DNA of 64,000 nt from Epithemia pelagica (taxonomy: Eukaryota; Protista; Bacillariophyta), in NCBI GenBank assembly GCA_946965045.2, contig OX337230.1:248001-312000 (forward strand), given 5' to 3'. The translations under genes and the position numbers were made by a program. Numbering within the stretch: the first letter of the stretch is position 1; each line of letters begins with the position of its first letter. The notes beneath the pieces are model-generated. The model was not told where the DNA came from and did no database searches. It saw only the letters and a list, made by a program, of their open reading frames with translations. Shown in pieces: positions 30,614-42,677 of this stretch.

Positions 30614-32308
30614 TCACATATCCCGAGTAGCATTGAGTGCAAATGCCATTTCCGCAGGTCCGACCGCGCCGAATGGTTGCGGGATTGTGCCAGGTTTGCA
30701 AACACAGAGGACATTCCAAGACAAAGTCCGCCCGAGTATATGGGTTGTGTCGAGCCAAGTGACGAATAATCTTGGCACTGATCCCTTGGGGGTCCAGTTC
30801 CTGACCATGATACGAGGAGGACGACGATGACACAATGGAGCGCAACGAACGACGCTGCTCGTCGCCCAATCATGATGATTCGTGGCGCCTGGACGACGCG
30901 GAACTTGGTGTGTGCGTACGGAAATCCATCGGTCACCTTCGTCCACATCACCCGAACGGTAGGGAGACCAAACCCATTGTCCCTGATCGGGATGATACTG
31001 GAACCAAATGGTGGCACGTGACAAGGGACACAATCGGGGAATCTTGTCATAGCCCAATCCCATGGCGGTCACGGCCATACCCAAGGCCACGGTCGAGCTC
31101 GTCCACATCAAGGGATGGAGCAAACGGTCGCCACTGGTATTACTGGAACCAGAGGACGCTACCGCCGAGGCAGCACCCACCACACTCGATGTCATGGACA
31201 GGCCCAATCCCACTCCCGCGGCAGCATGGTTCCGTTCGTCAAAGAACTTGGGAGAGTAACTAAACAAGAGTTGATCCAGATCTACGACACACAAGTGGTC
31301 TTGGAGAATGGCCGCGTCCGTCATGGCACGAGACAATACTCCAGTCTTGGCACGCAGGTTGTTGGGATTGGGACCCGGGAGGGACCTGTTGCTCGTCCAA
31401 CGATGACGAAGACATTTGGACAAACTCTTGCCCGTCAAGCGATGAAAGAGAATCGAGACAAAGTGTTGGCAATTGAAAAAGGCGGGATTGTAGCCCCACT
31501 CTTCAAAGGCTTGTACCTGATCCAAAATACACTCGAGGTCCTTTTGCACCGTGGGTTCTCGAATCCCTGCCGAAAAGACGTTTCCATTGGGATGGCAATG
31601 ATCCATTACTTTTTTCTTGAGTTGCAAATTGCTAATCTTGCTATTCTTGGATGAGGAGGATGCTACCAATACGTTGTCCACTCGAACCCCTGTCTCGTAC
31701 AGATCCAAAATGATATAAAGACAGGGAGGATGGGGTTGCACTCCTGGACTCTTCGGGCTTTTGTTCGATACGGGCTCCAGATGTTCATTTTCAGTATCCT
31801 TATCGGGCATTCTCACCACAGATGTCGCCTTGTCGCATGCCGAAAGAATGAGGCCCATGTGGCACCAGCGCCATTGCGGCAAACTCAAAAAGCTATCGGG
31901 TGGTCTTGCAGGCTCCAACACGTGTTTTAGTTCGTCGCGTGCTTGTCGTTTCCCTCCTCGAAACTTGGCGCTTATGGGAAGTATAGCGGCTGATTCACGT
32001 TGCCCTCCCGTGCCTTGAATGGAACGACGTTGAGCATTGCTGGTGTCGTGGTCCTGTTTCTCGTCCGCAATCTGCGGGCGCAGGTTTGTGTTGCTGTTGA
32101 AAGCTCTCTCAACACTGTTACGGCCTCCATGATTCATGGGGAACCAAAAGACTTGGACATCGTGCAGTGCAAAACCCAATTCGGCAAACGGAAGCACCGC
32201 AGCTTCCAAGGCCTCCAACGATTCCACCGTGGACGCAATCCCTCGACCCTTGCGCGCACCGCAAGCCGTGGGACCACCGCTCCCACCCACGTTGTGACAG
32301 AACGACAT
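30614..32308 (-). CDS. PPPDE/LRAT-like permuted papain-fold peptidase domain protein
   Basis: WCHMGLIL (His) followed by YNPAFFNCQHFVS (catalytic Cys motif); 3' end of the model uncertain. Confidence 0.6.
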   Translation of the reverse strand: MSFCHNVGGSGGPTACGARKGRGIASTVESLEALEAAVLPFAELGFALHDVQVFWFPMNHGGRNSVERAFNSNTNLRPQIADEKQDHDTSNAQRRSIQGTGGQRESAAILPISAKFRGGKRQARDELKHVLEPARPPDSFLSLPQWRWCHMGLILSACDKATSVVRMPDKDTENEHLEPVSNKSPKSPGVQPHPPCLYIILDLYETGVRVDNVLVASSSSKNSKISNLQLKKKVMDHCHPNGNVFSAGIREPTVQKDLECILDQVQAFEEWGYNPAFFNCQHFVSILFHRLTGKSLSKCLRHRWTSNRSLPGPNPNNLRAKTGVLSRAMTDAAILQDHLCVVDLDQLLFSYSPKFFDERNHAAAGVGLGLSMTSSVVGAASAVASSGSSNTSGDRLLHPLMWTSSTVALGMAVTAMGLGYDKIPRLCPLSRATIWFQYHPDQGQWVWSPYRSGDVDEGDRWISVRTHQVPRRPGATNHHDWATSSVVRCAPLCHRRPPRIMVRNWTPKGSVPRLFVTWLDTTHILGRTLSWNVLCVCKPGTIPQPFGAVGPAEMAFALNATRDM

Positions 32309-33856
32309 GGTTTCCCAAATTATGAAACCTTATAAAAGTAGGGGAAGAATGAGGTTTTGAAGAAACCACCCAAGAATGATTCTTGTAGGGCTTGCACATG
32401 GTGCGAATTGCACGAAAAAGTCTCAAACGCACCATTTTCGTTCAGCCATTTCCACCTGTGATAGAGGGATGACAATCTTGTGCTTCCTTTCATTCTCTTT
32501 ATTTACAAGATTCGGATCACGTAGTTGGCTGCTTCGCTCTGAGTTCCAAAATGGCCTGCTCCAACGTCCAAGAAGACCTGACAAAGATGAGCTTGATGTA
32601 GAACTTTGTAGGAATAGTGAAAGTTGAGGTGCAGTTGTCTCTCAAAATACTTTGGTGAATCGCAAGGCGAAACGCTTGCTTGTGTGTGGATCCATGTACA
32701 TGAATTACAAAAGGAAGTCGCGTCACCCAAAATTCTCTCCAATGGGTGCATCCTCTAGAGCTCCGTGGCCATTATAGAGAATGTGGGCAACTTGGAATAC
32801 CATGCCTTCCACCATCGATTTCTTGTCACGTTGCAGATGGACCCAAAATCATCGACAAGCCAAGATTTTATGACGAATGTCGTACGCTCTCATCTGTGCA
32901 ATTCATCCAATCAACGACACAAGGCCACAAAATCATGAAGAGCAATATCAATCCTAGTTCATTGATTTCATGCGCCAATGCCTTTTTTCGTTTCTTTCTG
33001 GAGAGTCTTCCATGTTTGATTTTTGTCTTCTTGTGTGCTTGGCTCTGCTCTTTGTTTGTTGTTGGTCTTTTGGTCTCTGCGGTCGGTCTTTTGTGGTCCA
33101 TGGTCCATGCGCCCTCGTGGATTTCGTCGGTACACTTTGCTCCTATATAAAAACATCATTACAGACGGATGACGTACCATTATGTTTCGAGTAATAGCTA
33201 CTCCTAGCTAGGAGTAATAGGCATAGCCTCTTGAGCGGGATATAGACAAAAAAACAAAAAAAAAGAAGGGATGGTCTAGACGTTTTCTCCTCTGTTGTTG
33301 TTGTTGTTGTTGCTCATATAGTTTATAGCAAGATCATAATTTCTACTTGCACACTGTGTCGATGAAATAATGGTACGTACCAAAAACTATTAGACCGTGT
33401 GTACGCCAGGAGACTGCAAAGAACGATCCACACAGACTTGGTAGCTCCTACGATATTCTTCTTGGGGTTGATTGGACGAAAATCTGTTCCAAGTGTTTCT
33501 CCCATGCTATAATAGGAACGGTGGTAAAAAGGAGATTTTTCCTAGATAGGAGTGTATTCCGAAGGATAGAATCACACGCCGAATGATTTCTTCTACAAAC
33601 TCCTCATGGAATCATGGGTTTTACATTGTGTGTAGAATGATGATTCTATGGATTGCCTAGCAATGTGTTTCAAATTATTACTGTACAACAGAGTGTTCAG
33701 TCCTGGTCCACCACTTGTTCTCTTTACACAAGGAGACAGCAAGAGTCGTGGTAGAAAGGTCCACCCTTGCTACCACGACGCACTCGTGTCCCTGGAGAGT
33801 CGTCATCCTCTGTACAGTCCAATCCCTCTTCTTCTAGTGGAAACCATCAGTGCTTC

Positions 33857-35125
33857 TTAGACGTGCACGGCCTGGTCCGTGCTTCGGTTCCGGACATGTC
33901 GTCGTCGGTCTCGTCGTCGTCGACTGCTGCTTTCGGCTCCCGACGACGGTCGTTGGGCCAATTGCGCATTGGCAATGTAAAAGGCAAAGAGTCGAGAGGG
34001 CAAACTAATGCGTTCGCACTCGACTCGCATCCATTCGTCACTGGACAACGACGACGACGACAGGTCTTGCTGTGGTGGTACTTGGGAATCGTCGTATTGA
34101 TGATAAAAGGCCGACAGAGGTGCCATGGTACTTGTCGTCGAAGAAGGACTGGACAACAGGGGATGCGACGAGGGCGCTTGTCGATGATGACGCGACGACG
34201 AGTGCGACGTCACGTGTGGTGACGACGATGACGACCAACGGTTGGTCGTTGTTGTCGTCGAATTGTGATTATCAATGACCAATTGTCGCAATTGTTGCAA
34301 TCGTTGGGCCTTGTCCTGACGGAGTGGTTTGGTCCATCGTTCCAATCCCAACCACACATCCAAATGGCTGGAAGCGGCCAAGACTTGTTGATCGGCAAAG
34401 GACATGCAGGGATACGTGGTCGCATCGTCCAAGTCACTGTCGCAACACGCCTTGTGCAAGTGCTGCAACACGCGGGACAGAGCTGCCACGGATTGGTGTG
34501 ACTGTTGCTGTGGTTGTTCGTGTGCGTGTGGTGGTGGGTCTGGCACGACACAAGACGATGAGGAGGATAATGGCTGGTTTCTGTTCTTGTAACGTTGCAG
34601 TGTCGGGGACGATGGTACCATCGGAGGAGTCGGACCGTCTTGTTCTGGATCGTCATTCTCATCCTCCTCATTGTCGTCGTGCTGGTAGTCCATTGCACTT
34701 GTCGTCGTCGTCGTTGTCGTGACGAACAGACTCTTGGTTTGCCACGAGGCCGTCACTCGAAAGTGTTCGAGTTCCTTGGCGGTATACCACAAGTCCGCCT
34801 TGCGCAGTGGTTGGGACAGTGGCAGTGGATCATACGAATAGGCCGGACCAAATCGTACTTGTTTGCGTGGGGGTGGTGGTGGTGCCATCCACAAGGGAGA
34901 CGGACTGTTATGGAATTGAAAGGGAGGATAGGCCGTTCGTGTAGCGGCAGCCGCCGGTGTGTGATGATAGCCATGAGGAGAATGATAGTGGTGGTGATGA
35001 TGCAACCCATAGGGAGACGGCTCGACCAACAACAATCCCATGGCATTCATACTGCTACTACTGCTGCATTCGTGGGCCGACACGGTGGACGATTGTCGTC
35101 GATGACGCGTCGTGGTACCCACCAT
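33857..35125 (-). CDS. Diatom-type hypothetical protein
   Basis: KQVRF..DLWYTAKELEHFR..GLERW pattern typical of expanded diatom families; low-complexity His/Ser/Thr tracts. Confidence 0.6.
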   Translation of the reverse strand: MVGTTTRHRRQSSTVSAHECSSSSSMNAMGLLLVEPSPYGLHHHHHYHSPHGYHHTPAAAATRTAYPPFQFHNSPSPLWMAPPPPPRKQVRFGPAYSYDPLPLSQPLRKADLWYTAKELEHFRVTASWQTKSLFVTTTTTTTSAMDYQHDDNEEDENDDPEQDGPTPPMVPSSPTLQRYKNRNQPLSSSSSCVVPDPPPHAHEQPQQQSHQSVAALSRVLQHLHKACCDSDLDDATTYPCMSFADQQVLAASSHLDVWLGLERWTKPLRQDKAQRLQQLRQLVIDNHNSTTTTTNRWSSSSSPHVTSHSSSRHHRQAPSSHPLLSSPSSTTSTMAPLSAFYHQYDDSQVPPQQDLSSSSLSSDEWMRVECERISLPSRLFAFYIANAQLAQRPSSGAESSSRRRRDRRRHVRNRSTDQAVHV

Positions 35126-36245
35126 GGTGATTTATAAAATAGAATCGAGTGGTCGGCTGTAGCTTGCTGTTGGTTCCAATCGGCTTTACACGTCACTGTA
35201 CAAACGGTGGACCCGTTCGGTGAACGAGAAACAACAATCGGATTCTGGATTCTCACGCTGTGCTCGGCCGTTTGTGTTTGTTTCGTCAATCGAGCTAGAG
35301 CAGAGGTGCGAGGGTGGACCGACACCAGCAATTCACACACAATCGAAACAACACAATGGGATCTCGTTCTCGTTGTTGCCGTTCCAAATTGTGCTCGAAT
35401 GTGTGAAGATTAAAATAATCGCATTGATGGAATGCACACGCCGGTGCACCAACTAGTCGTTGATATCCACTCGGTATCGATTATTGGGGGACAACCACTA
35501 CTCTCCACACGACACATCATACACATGGAAGCCATCTCAAAAATGGCGGGAAATGTTGGGATTGATGGCGTGGATACACGAACCCCAGCGAGCTGGATAA
35601 CGTCCCAACAACCGTTTTCCATCCACGTCTACAGGTTTGTCGATACCCAACGAGCCGACACCGCATATGGACCTGGTCGGCGCGCGAAGGCATCTCCTCC
35701 TTCCAAGATTCCCTCGACTTGGAAAGCGATCGGTTCCAAGATCCACTACACGTCACCTCGCGTGTCCTGGACGGACATCATCGTCCATGGGACGGACACG
35801 GTTGTCCGGCCTGCGATTTGTCTCAGCTTTGGACAAGCCGGGCGGGCGCTAATGGGTACAATTTGTTGTACTGTAGTTACAATAACCACAACAGACAAAG
35901 ACAGTCGTGTTTGTCCTTTGGTTGGGACAAGCCCGAAATTGTCCATGCCCGTTGCATCCTGGGGGGATCTACGCCGGAGGAGGATTCGTACGAGCAGACC
36001 GTGACCATCGGCACCACGGAACGACCGTCGTGTCACAAGAGTCGATCGATCCATGCAACATATAGAAATGGTGGGACCATCCAACCGCAACCAACACCAA
36101 AGACAAGAAGAAGAAGCAGGGCAAGCTCGAGACGGTCCAGTCGTGCGGATGCCAGGAAAGAAGCGTCCCCAAAGATTCGGATAGAGACATGCATGGAGTA
36201 TGGAGCTTTCGTTTCGAGGTATTAGTTTCTGTCCCATGGCACTCC

Positions 36246-36424
36246 CTAGACGGAACCATGCTGGCACATGAAACCTTGTCTTTGGTCGTCCATGGTGGTT
36301 TCAAATAATAACGTTTCTTCGTTCTACTTTCTTTCCCATGTGGCACTACCTACCTACCTACCTAGACGGAACCATGATTGCACACAAAAACACCCTGTGT
36401 TTGGCCGTCCATGGTGGTTCCAAA
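36246..36424 (+). repeat. Degenerate direct repeat (about 60-bp unit, 115-bp period)
   Basis: cctagacggaaccatg...gtccatggtggt(t/tc)caaa at 36246 and 36361, separated by (ctac)n. Confidence 0.7.
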
Positions 36425-37113
36425 GGTTTCTGCTTCTTCCCGTCGTGTGTCTGTCTTTCTTCGTTTGGACTCACCGTCTTGCAGAGGCCGCTCCTGGATG
36501 ATTGAGACGTCACACACACATGTACAACAACCAGAGACAATGGAATTTGTGCGGCAGTACTGGTTCACACATGGGAATCGAAATCACTCGAGATTTCTTC
36601 CTCCCATGGTTCTGTGTGGGGGAGGACCAAAAGACTAATACCATGGTACCTTGCTTGCTTTGGTTATAATCGATCCTTGCGGTATGTCTCTCGCGGTGAC
36701 TGCCGGCAGGCTGCAGGGCGTCCATGAATCACCACCACAAACGTGATCACTCTACTACTACTATATACCGCGCTCGGCGGAAATGACACGCTCTCTCCTG
36801 CCGTTTCTCAGAGTACTAGCGGGACAAAAGAGTTCTACTACTACTACAAGTCGTTTTTCATTGTATTCCTGTTCGTAGTAGGCACATGTAGAGGACGAGG
36901 TGACACGGCTGCCTCATTGAGAGTAGCAGCATTGGTGTTACAACCTATTATTACAGCCGCACTCTCTCGTTTGGTTGTGGCACATTCTCTCGTCTCGTTG
37001 TGGTTCTCCCTCTCGCTCATACTCTTCAAGCGTGGGGTGGTCCCCCGGCAGCAACACGATTTGCACCGAGTGTGAACAGGCGCATGAGAGGAGAAGAAGA
37101 ATGGGAGACCCTT

Positions 37114-37118
37114 GATGA

Positions 37119-37155
<37 letters not shown>
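37114..37155 (+). repeat. (gat)n microsatellite
   Basis: Run of about 13 gat units. Confidence 0.9.
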
Positions 37156-37157
<2 letters not shown>

Positions 37158-37498
37158 CGAGACCTATACTGCCGACGGTCGCGAGCGACCATTGTCAGTG
37201 CCGTGATCTCTCGCAGAAGCTTGCGATTTCCATATCAGTCGCGGAAAGTACTATGACGTGGTGGAAAGACTCAACCCACCACTCGGGACTGACGTGTCTT
37301 CGTTGCTTTCTGAGTTGATGATGACCATGGCGACGACAATCGATTGTCAGTAACCCACTTTCATACTCCCCTCTCCGATCCCCAAACAACCAAAAACACA
37401 GTGGGTGACAATCACTTGGATTCTTATCGGCAAGCAGCAACCAAGCGAAACAGTGAATTCCGCAACCGTCATCACTGTATAGTACAAGTAATAGAACC

Positions 37499-38671
37499 AT
37501 GTCCAGTCGAGAGCAAAGGAGACATGGGACCAGTGCTTCTAGGGCATGGCTCTTGTGGGTGTCGTTTGTTTTGCTACAACTGTTCCAGACGTCGTCTGGA
37601 TTTGCGCCATTGTTGCTCACCAAGCATGGTGCTCCACAGAAGCAACCATCTGGAACGGTCGATCCACGACACTTTATGACAACCACAACAACAACATCCG
37701 CTGCCATTATGTCAGGGACACGTTTGTGTCAAAGTCAATCTCCCGATCCCTTGGATCGATTGGACGAAACCGTGGGTGGTTATACCGTCAAACAACGGTT
37801 GCGAGAAGAAGTCGAATCACCCTTTCGAACGGTCCGATTGTACTTTTTTGGAGCCTCGTTGGCCTCGGCCGTGATTGCCTTTTACTTTTCCCTCGTCACC
37901 CTGTTGCAAGCCGTATCGTTTGGGGAAGGATCGGTGGAAGATGCTGTGACATCGGTGGCGATTAACATTGGAGCCATTCTCGTGTGCGGGGGCATTACCT
38001 ATCGCGATTATCAAGCCAAACAGGCCGATTTGGCCCGAATCAAACAGGGAGGAGCCTTGGCCTCCTTGGTGGTGGAACGACCCGCCGTGGTTGCCTCGGA
38101 CAAGCAGCCTGGTCGACCCACGCAACGGTCCACCTTGGCCGACTTTCGACGGTTTTACCGGGTCTTGATTGCCGCCGGAGGTGCCGACTATATTCAAACC
38201 CTCTGCCGATCCCTCAATGCCGATCAATTGGCCGACGAAAATACCTTGCCGCAAGGCCTCCAAGCCTCGGACATTCTCGTCATTCCCGTCTTGTTGCAAC
38301 CCTCTTCTGGTTCGTCCTTGACGGTCGGCGATACTTTGGGATGTTGGATGGCCACGGAAGCAACCGAAACGGATCGCAACTTGGATGTGACCCGGGCCAA
38401 TACGGTCGTGGCGTGGCCCAAGGGTCCGGCGGCCTGGTCCGAAGTCTTGGCTCCCGAAATTGATACGGCCCAAGGCAAACAGGGCTTTAATGTACTGGAA
38501 AAGGGCATTACCTTGTTGCTCAAGAAAAATGGCAAAATTTTGCGACGGGCCACGGGACAACCACAATGGTCCGGTATGATCCAAGCCATGAATGTCTTTG
38601 ACAAAAATTTTGGCATGCCGGGAGATGATCAAGTATATCCCGTGGAGGACGATACCAAGTCCAGTAACTAA
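37499..38671 (+). CDS. LPA1: LOW PSII ACCUMULATION 1-like plastid protein (DUF3493)
   Basis: Bipartite leader with SSG-FAP cleavage motif; QRLREEVESPFRTVRLYFFGA followed by two TM helices. Confidence 0.8.
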   Translation: MSSREQRRHGTSASRAWLLWVSFVLLQLFQTSSGFAPLLLTKHGAPQKQPSGTVDPRHFMTTTTTTSAAIMSGTRLCQSQSPDPLDRLDETVGGYTVKQRLREEVESPFRTVRLYFFGASLASAVIAFYFSLVTLLQAVSFGEGSVEDAVTSVAINIGAILVCGGITYRDYQAKQADLARIKQGGALASLVVERPAVVASDKQPGRPTQRSTLADFRRFYRVLIAAGGADYIQTLCRSLNADQLADENTLPQGLQASDILVIPVLLQPSSGSSLTVGDTLGCWMATEATETDRNLDVTRANTVVAWPKGPAAWSEVLAPEIDTAQGKQGFNVLEKGITLLLKKNGKILRRATGQPQWSGMIQAMNVFDKNFGMPGDDQVYPVEDDTKSSN

Positions 38672-39441
38672 CCACGCCGAACGACATACGAAATCGGAGA
38701 CTCTTTTCTCTCCTACAATTGGATACGAAATGTCAACAGCGACAGCGCGTTGATTTTCGTATTCCAAGAACGCCAACAGACTCCCCATAACAACTCAATC
38801 TTCTCCTATACCTACTCTACCTAGACCTGGTTTCTTTCCCTCTCTTTGATGTTGTTTAGCTCGCCCGCTTTTGGGGTCTCGATCAATCGATCGTGGGCGC
38901 AGCAGGGGAAATTCTTCCTCCCCCTTTCTGCGTTTTCATGTCACAAAAGCTCCCCCATACCTCACACTGAAAAGCTTTCTGTCCCACAAAACGAACAAAG
39001 GAATCGCAGGACACCATCGACTGCCTTGGAGATGCCGACGTACTGCACCTCGCATTGGATGAGATCCTAGAGGGCCAAAGAGCACAGAGTGGCAGTGCTG
39101 GTGTGGAAACGTCGGTTTTCCCCGATCCTTGGGTTACAGGTCAATCATCAAACCTTTTGGTGACTTGAGACAAAATGCCACTCCTTCCATCGGATAGATT
39201 TGGGGGGTTGGGTCCCTAGTTTTTAGAGCGACCACTACGATACACGCGACTACACGATGGACTCGGAAGCAAAAATGACGACTTATGGAATATGGATCTG
39301 TCTCTCTCTGTTAGAACAACGGCGGAGCCACAAACGGGTTCGCTGCAACGTGTTGATTTGGACGATCTGGAAGGATCCTTGTGGAGAAACCAAACGGCCG
39401 CCGGATTCTCATATGCAAGAGACTCCCAGCAACCAACGACA

Positions 39442-40381
39442 ATGGCGACAATGGGAACAAGAAATACACTGGAAGAGGATGGTACGGACTTGGCAGAGCC
39501 GCTCTTGTCCAATCATCGTGGCAGCAGAAACGATGACGCTGAACCGGTCGTGTCAACGAGTGGGGAGCAAGCAAGTAGTGTGCCGACAACAACACCCCCT
39601 TCTTCCTCTTCTTCCCCCTCATCATCATCCGTTTCGTCGCGGTCGCTCTTATGGCGATTAATCTAACTGAGTCGACCGGAATGGATTCTCTTGGCTCTAT
39701 CGGCCCTTTTCATGACGATCAATCAAGGCACGCAATTGTGGTTGCCCAAACTTGTGGGTCGTGCCTACGATGATTTAATGGATCCGACCTTGGACCATAA
39801 AATGCCACGGATTCATGGTCTCATGGCCACCGTCTTGATCTTGCATTGCAGAGGTGTCTTTGCGGGATCGATCAGGACCGCGCTCATGGGAATTGCCGGA
39901 GAACGGATCGTCGCAAGGTTGCGAAACACGTTGTATGCCCAACTCTTGCACCAAGAAATTGGCTTTTTTGATGCGACGCCATCGGGAGAATTCATTTCTC
40001 GATTGGGATCCGATATACCACCGTTGTCAAACAAGCCATTGCCAGTTCCTGGGCCGAAGTGGTCTTGGGCATGGTCAAGTGGGGCATTGCCATTGGTCTC
40101 GTGGTGAGTATTTCTCCATCCCTGGCCAGTCTGTGCATCCCCCCTTTGGACGGCTCTTGGGCCAATTGAGCAAGGAATTTCAAGACAAACTGGGACAAGC
40201 CCAAAGTTGGCCCACGGAAATTTTGGGTGCCATGCGAACCGTTCAAAGCTTTGTGGCCGAAGAAAAGGAGGCACATCGCTATGCCTCCTTGATTGGAACC
40301 AACCTCTCTGTTTGTTCTTGCTTTTTCGTGAGAACCAGTGGGAGGAATCGCAACGGCCGTAAGGAAGCAACCACGACAACC
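39442..40381 (+). pseudogene. Truncated inverted duplicate of the ABCB transporter (TMD part only)
   Basis: DNA near-identical to the 5' half of 27856-30012 (EEDGTDLAEPLLSNHRGSRN; TINQGTQLWLPKLVGRAYDD); stop at 39664, frameshifts, internal deletion, no NBD. Confidence 0.9.
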
Positions 40382-40662
40382 TAACCAGCCCAAAGACGAG
40401 AGGAACAGGGCAAACTCCTCCTTGAACAATACGGCCATGATGAGGAAGTATAGAAGAATCCATCAACTTTGGTTTGTCCATGGGTGACGTTGCAACAAGG
40501 GCCAAGTACGAGAGATTGGCCTCATATACATAGTCATTTGCCGCGCTATGGAGCGCAGCAGTATCTCAAAAGATCTTGGATGCAATCGTTTCAGGAGGAG
40601 TCATTCTCAATTCTTGTTGTCCCTCAAACTCCAGAATACAATGGTGCAGCTTGCGACAGCTA

Positions 40663-41847
40663 TTACTTTGGCGGTTGTGCTGGTGCTGGTGGTTGTCGTT
40701 TGCCGCACACACGGTGCGCAAATTCATACTCCAGTGGGTACTTGAGGTGCACTCCTTCCGGGACCCGTCGTTTGGGGTTCCCCCACCGACTGGTATCCCC
40801 CTCTTGCGCACAGGTAAACATGACACGAGGGGTCCGTGCGATGCGCAACCCAGTTTCGTCCCATCTCGTCTTCAAGACGAGTTCCGAATTGACCAGGTAT
40901 CGATGGTACAGCCAGGCATAGTGGGATACATTGGCCATAATGGGATGAAGTATATTGAGACTGGCCACTACTTGTTGATTTCCCACCACGTACAACCGAT
41001 CCGAAATACCTCCATAGTCTCGACCTCGTGGGACCCAGAGTTTGTCACGGTCCAAATGAGTAATTTTGTAGGGACAGGAATAGTAATGATCGTTGCGAGT
41101 AATGAGAAATTGGTCGTAGCGCTCGTGCAGTCTGTGTGTTTCAAACAGCTGGATGAGAAACCATTTGTACATGCCCAAAATGACATTGCTCCCCGTTACA
41201 GTTCCAATTCCTCCCAGCAGTCTGTTTCTTCTAAATCTTTTCTTGACAAGAGGCAGTACGTTGTTGCGCCAGTCGGTGATATTCATCAAATCCACCGCAT
41301 CGGCCCAATCGTTGTACAGGGGTATGGTCCAGACGTAGCGTGCACGATCAAGGATACTGGGATCGGGATACACAGATGGATTTAAAACGGGCTGTGTCAA
41401 GACAAGTAAATCCGCCTGATTCACATCCAATACATTTTCGTACAAGGTCCTCCATGCCAATTCTCCGCATCTCAGGTTTGCAGTCACCACTACCAGTGTT
41501 TTGTTGCCTCCAACGGTTGGAGGATGCTCCATCTTGACCGGAAACGGAATTTCGGTCCATGTTTCGGGTTTCAAAATTGTTGGTCGTAAAGTAACGTTGC
41601 TGCTGGAGGAATACAAGGAGGATACCTTTTGTTTCGGGTGCAGGCTCAGATTCTTCATTTCCATTATTGGAAGGAGTGCATCGTCTTTTCCAAACTTGGG
41701 TGGAACGTCGTGGTCCGTCCCTACAAACAATAATCCAGTCATTATAATTTGATGAGCGGACCAACTCGAAAGAACCAACAACAAGAGACTATAATACAGG
41801 GCCTTCCGTCGACGCCACGACGACCAGAATCGCTTCGGCAGAGTCAT
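40663..41847 (-). CDS. Type II membrane glycosyltransferase-like protein, copy 1
   Basis: N-terminal basic+TM anchor; LVVVTANLRC, YDQFLITRNDHYY, VPRGRDYGGISDRL; GT function is inference. Confidence 0.6.
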   Translation of the reverse strand: MTLPKRFWSSWRRRKALYYSLLLLVLSSWSAHQIIMTGLLFVGTDHDVPPKFGKDDALLPIMEMKNLSLHPKQKVSSLYSSSSNVTLRPTILKPETWTEIPFPVKMEHPPTVGGNKTLVVVTANLRCGELAWRTLYENVLDVNQADLLVLTQPVLNPSVYPDPSILDRARYVWTIPLYNDWADAVDLMNITDWRNNVLPLVKKRFRRNRLLGGIGTVTGSNVILGMYKWFLIQLFETHRLHERYDQFLITRNDHYYSCPYKITHLDRDKLWVPRGRDYGGISDRLYVVGNQQVVASLNILHPIMANVSHYAWLYHRYLVNSELVLKTRWDETGLRIARTPRVMFTCAQEGDTSRWGNPKRRVPEGVHLKYPLEYEFAHRVCGKRQPPAPAQPPK

Positions 41848-42677
41848 GACATGGATGATGATGATTGTGTTTGTGCATTACATGCTTGTTCCTGTCATTT
41901 CATTTCATTTCACTTTGTTGTGGTGGCGTATAGGATTTTGTTCGGAAGAGCCGTATGGGGGCAATGAAGGGGGACCAAAAGGATCCCAAAAGGTACCCCC
42001 AAGCAAGGGCGACCCGGTCAGTCGCACCTAGTGTTGCATTCCCTTACTCAGAGTGCAGCTTTTTTCCGACTGAGGCCTGCGGGACTCACTCACCCCCGCT
42101 GGGGGTATCCCAAAAGGGAATGTCCCCCAAAGCGCGGTCATCGATCGGTCATAGTCACAAGGCGAATCCAAAAAATGAAAGTCTTGTGTCTTTTTAAATT
42201 TTAAATAAAATGGGGATTATCGGTCGCGCAACACTCGGAAGTAAGTCACCAAACGCGCGCGATCCGTCCGTGTTCCTCAACATGCCGATCCATGCAGGAA
42301 TGTGCCCATGCAGGGAGACAACAAGATTTCGTTCGTTGGCATACGTACTCCCATCGAACAATGAAAGAAGAAGATGAGATCCCAAACCGAACAAATTTGG
42401 TATCTTCCGGAACTATCCACTTTCCACAGTCGACGCATAACGCAAACACACCATCATGAGTGCACGACACTACATTCGGATCTCGTCCACAACCACATTC
42501 ACAACCTCCGGAGTTTCGACAGGTTGTCGTCATTACCAAGGAGGTTGACAATCATCACCTAAACCAATATGCACAGAGGTCAAGAAGGAGGATGCATCAA
42601 CTCATTCCATGAGCTCATAAAATCAAAATCTCAACCACAACAACCTCCAAACGAAAACTGCAACACCTTCATCTACC

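Noticed and set aside
32400-33101. Fragmented minus-strand ORFs with a basic N-terminus (possible decayed gene)
   Set aside because: No recognisable domain; cannot support a call
33323-33505. Possible RT relic (GATKSVWIVLCSLLAY resembles GNSPAIWCVISCVLFDVY of ORF2)
   Set aside because: Similarity too short and flanking RT motifs absent
35432-36600. Several overlapping 120-190-aa ORFs
   Set aside because: No motifs or consistent coding frame; treated as intergenic
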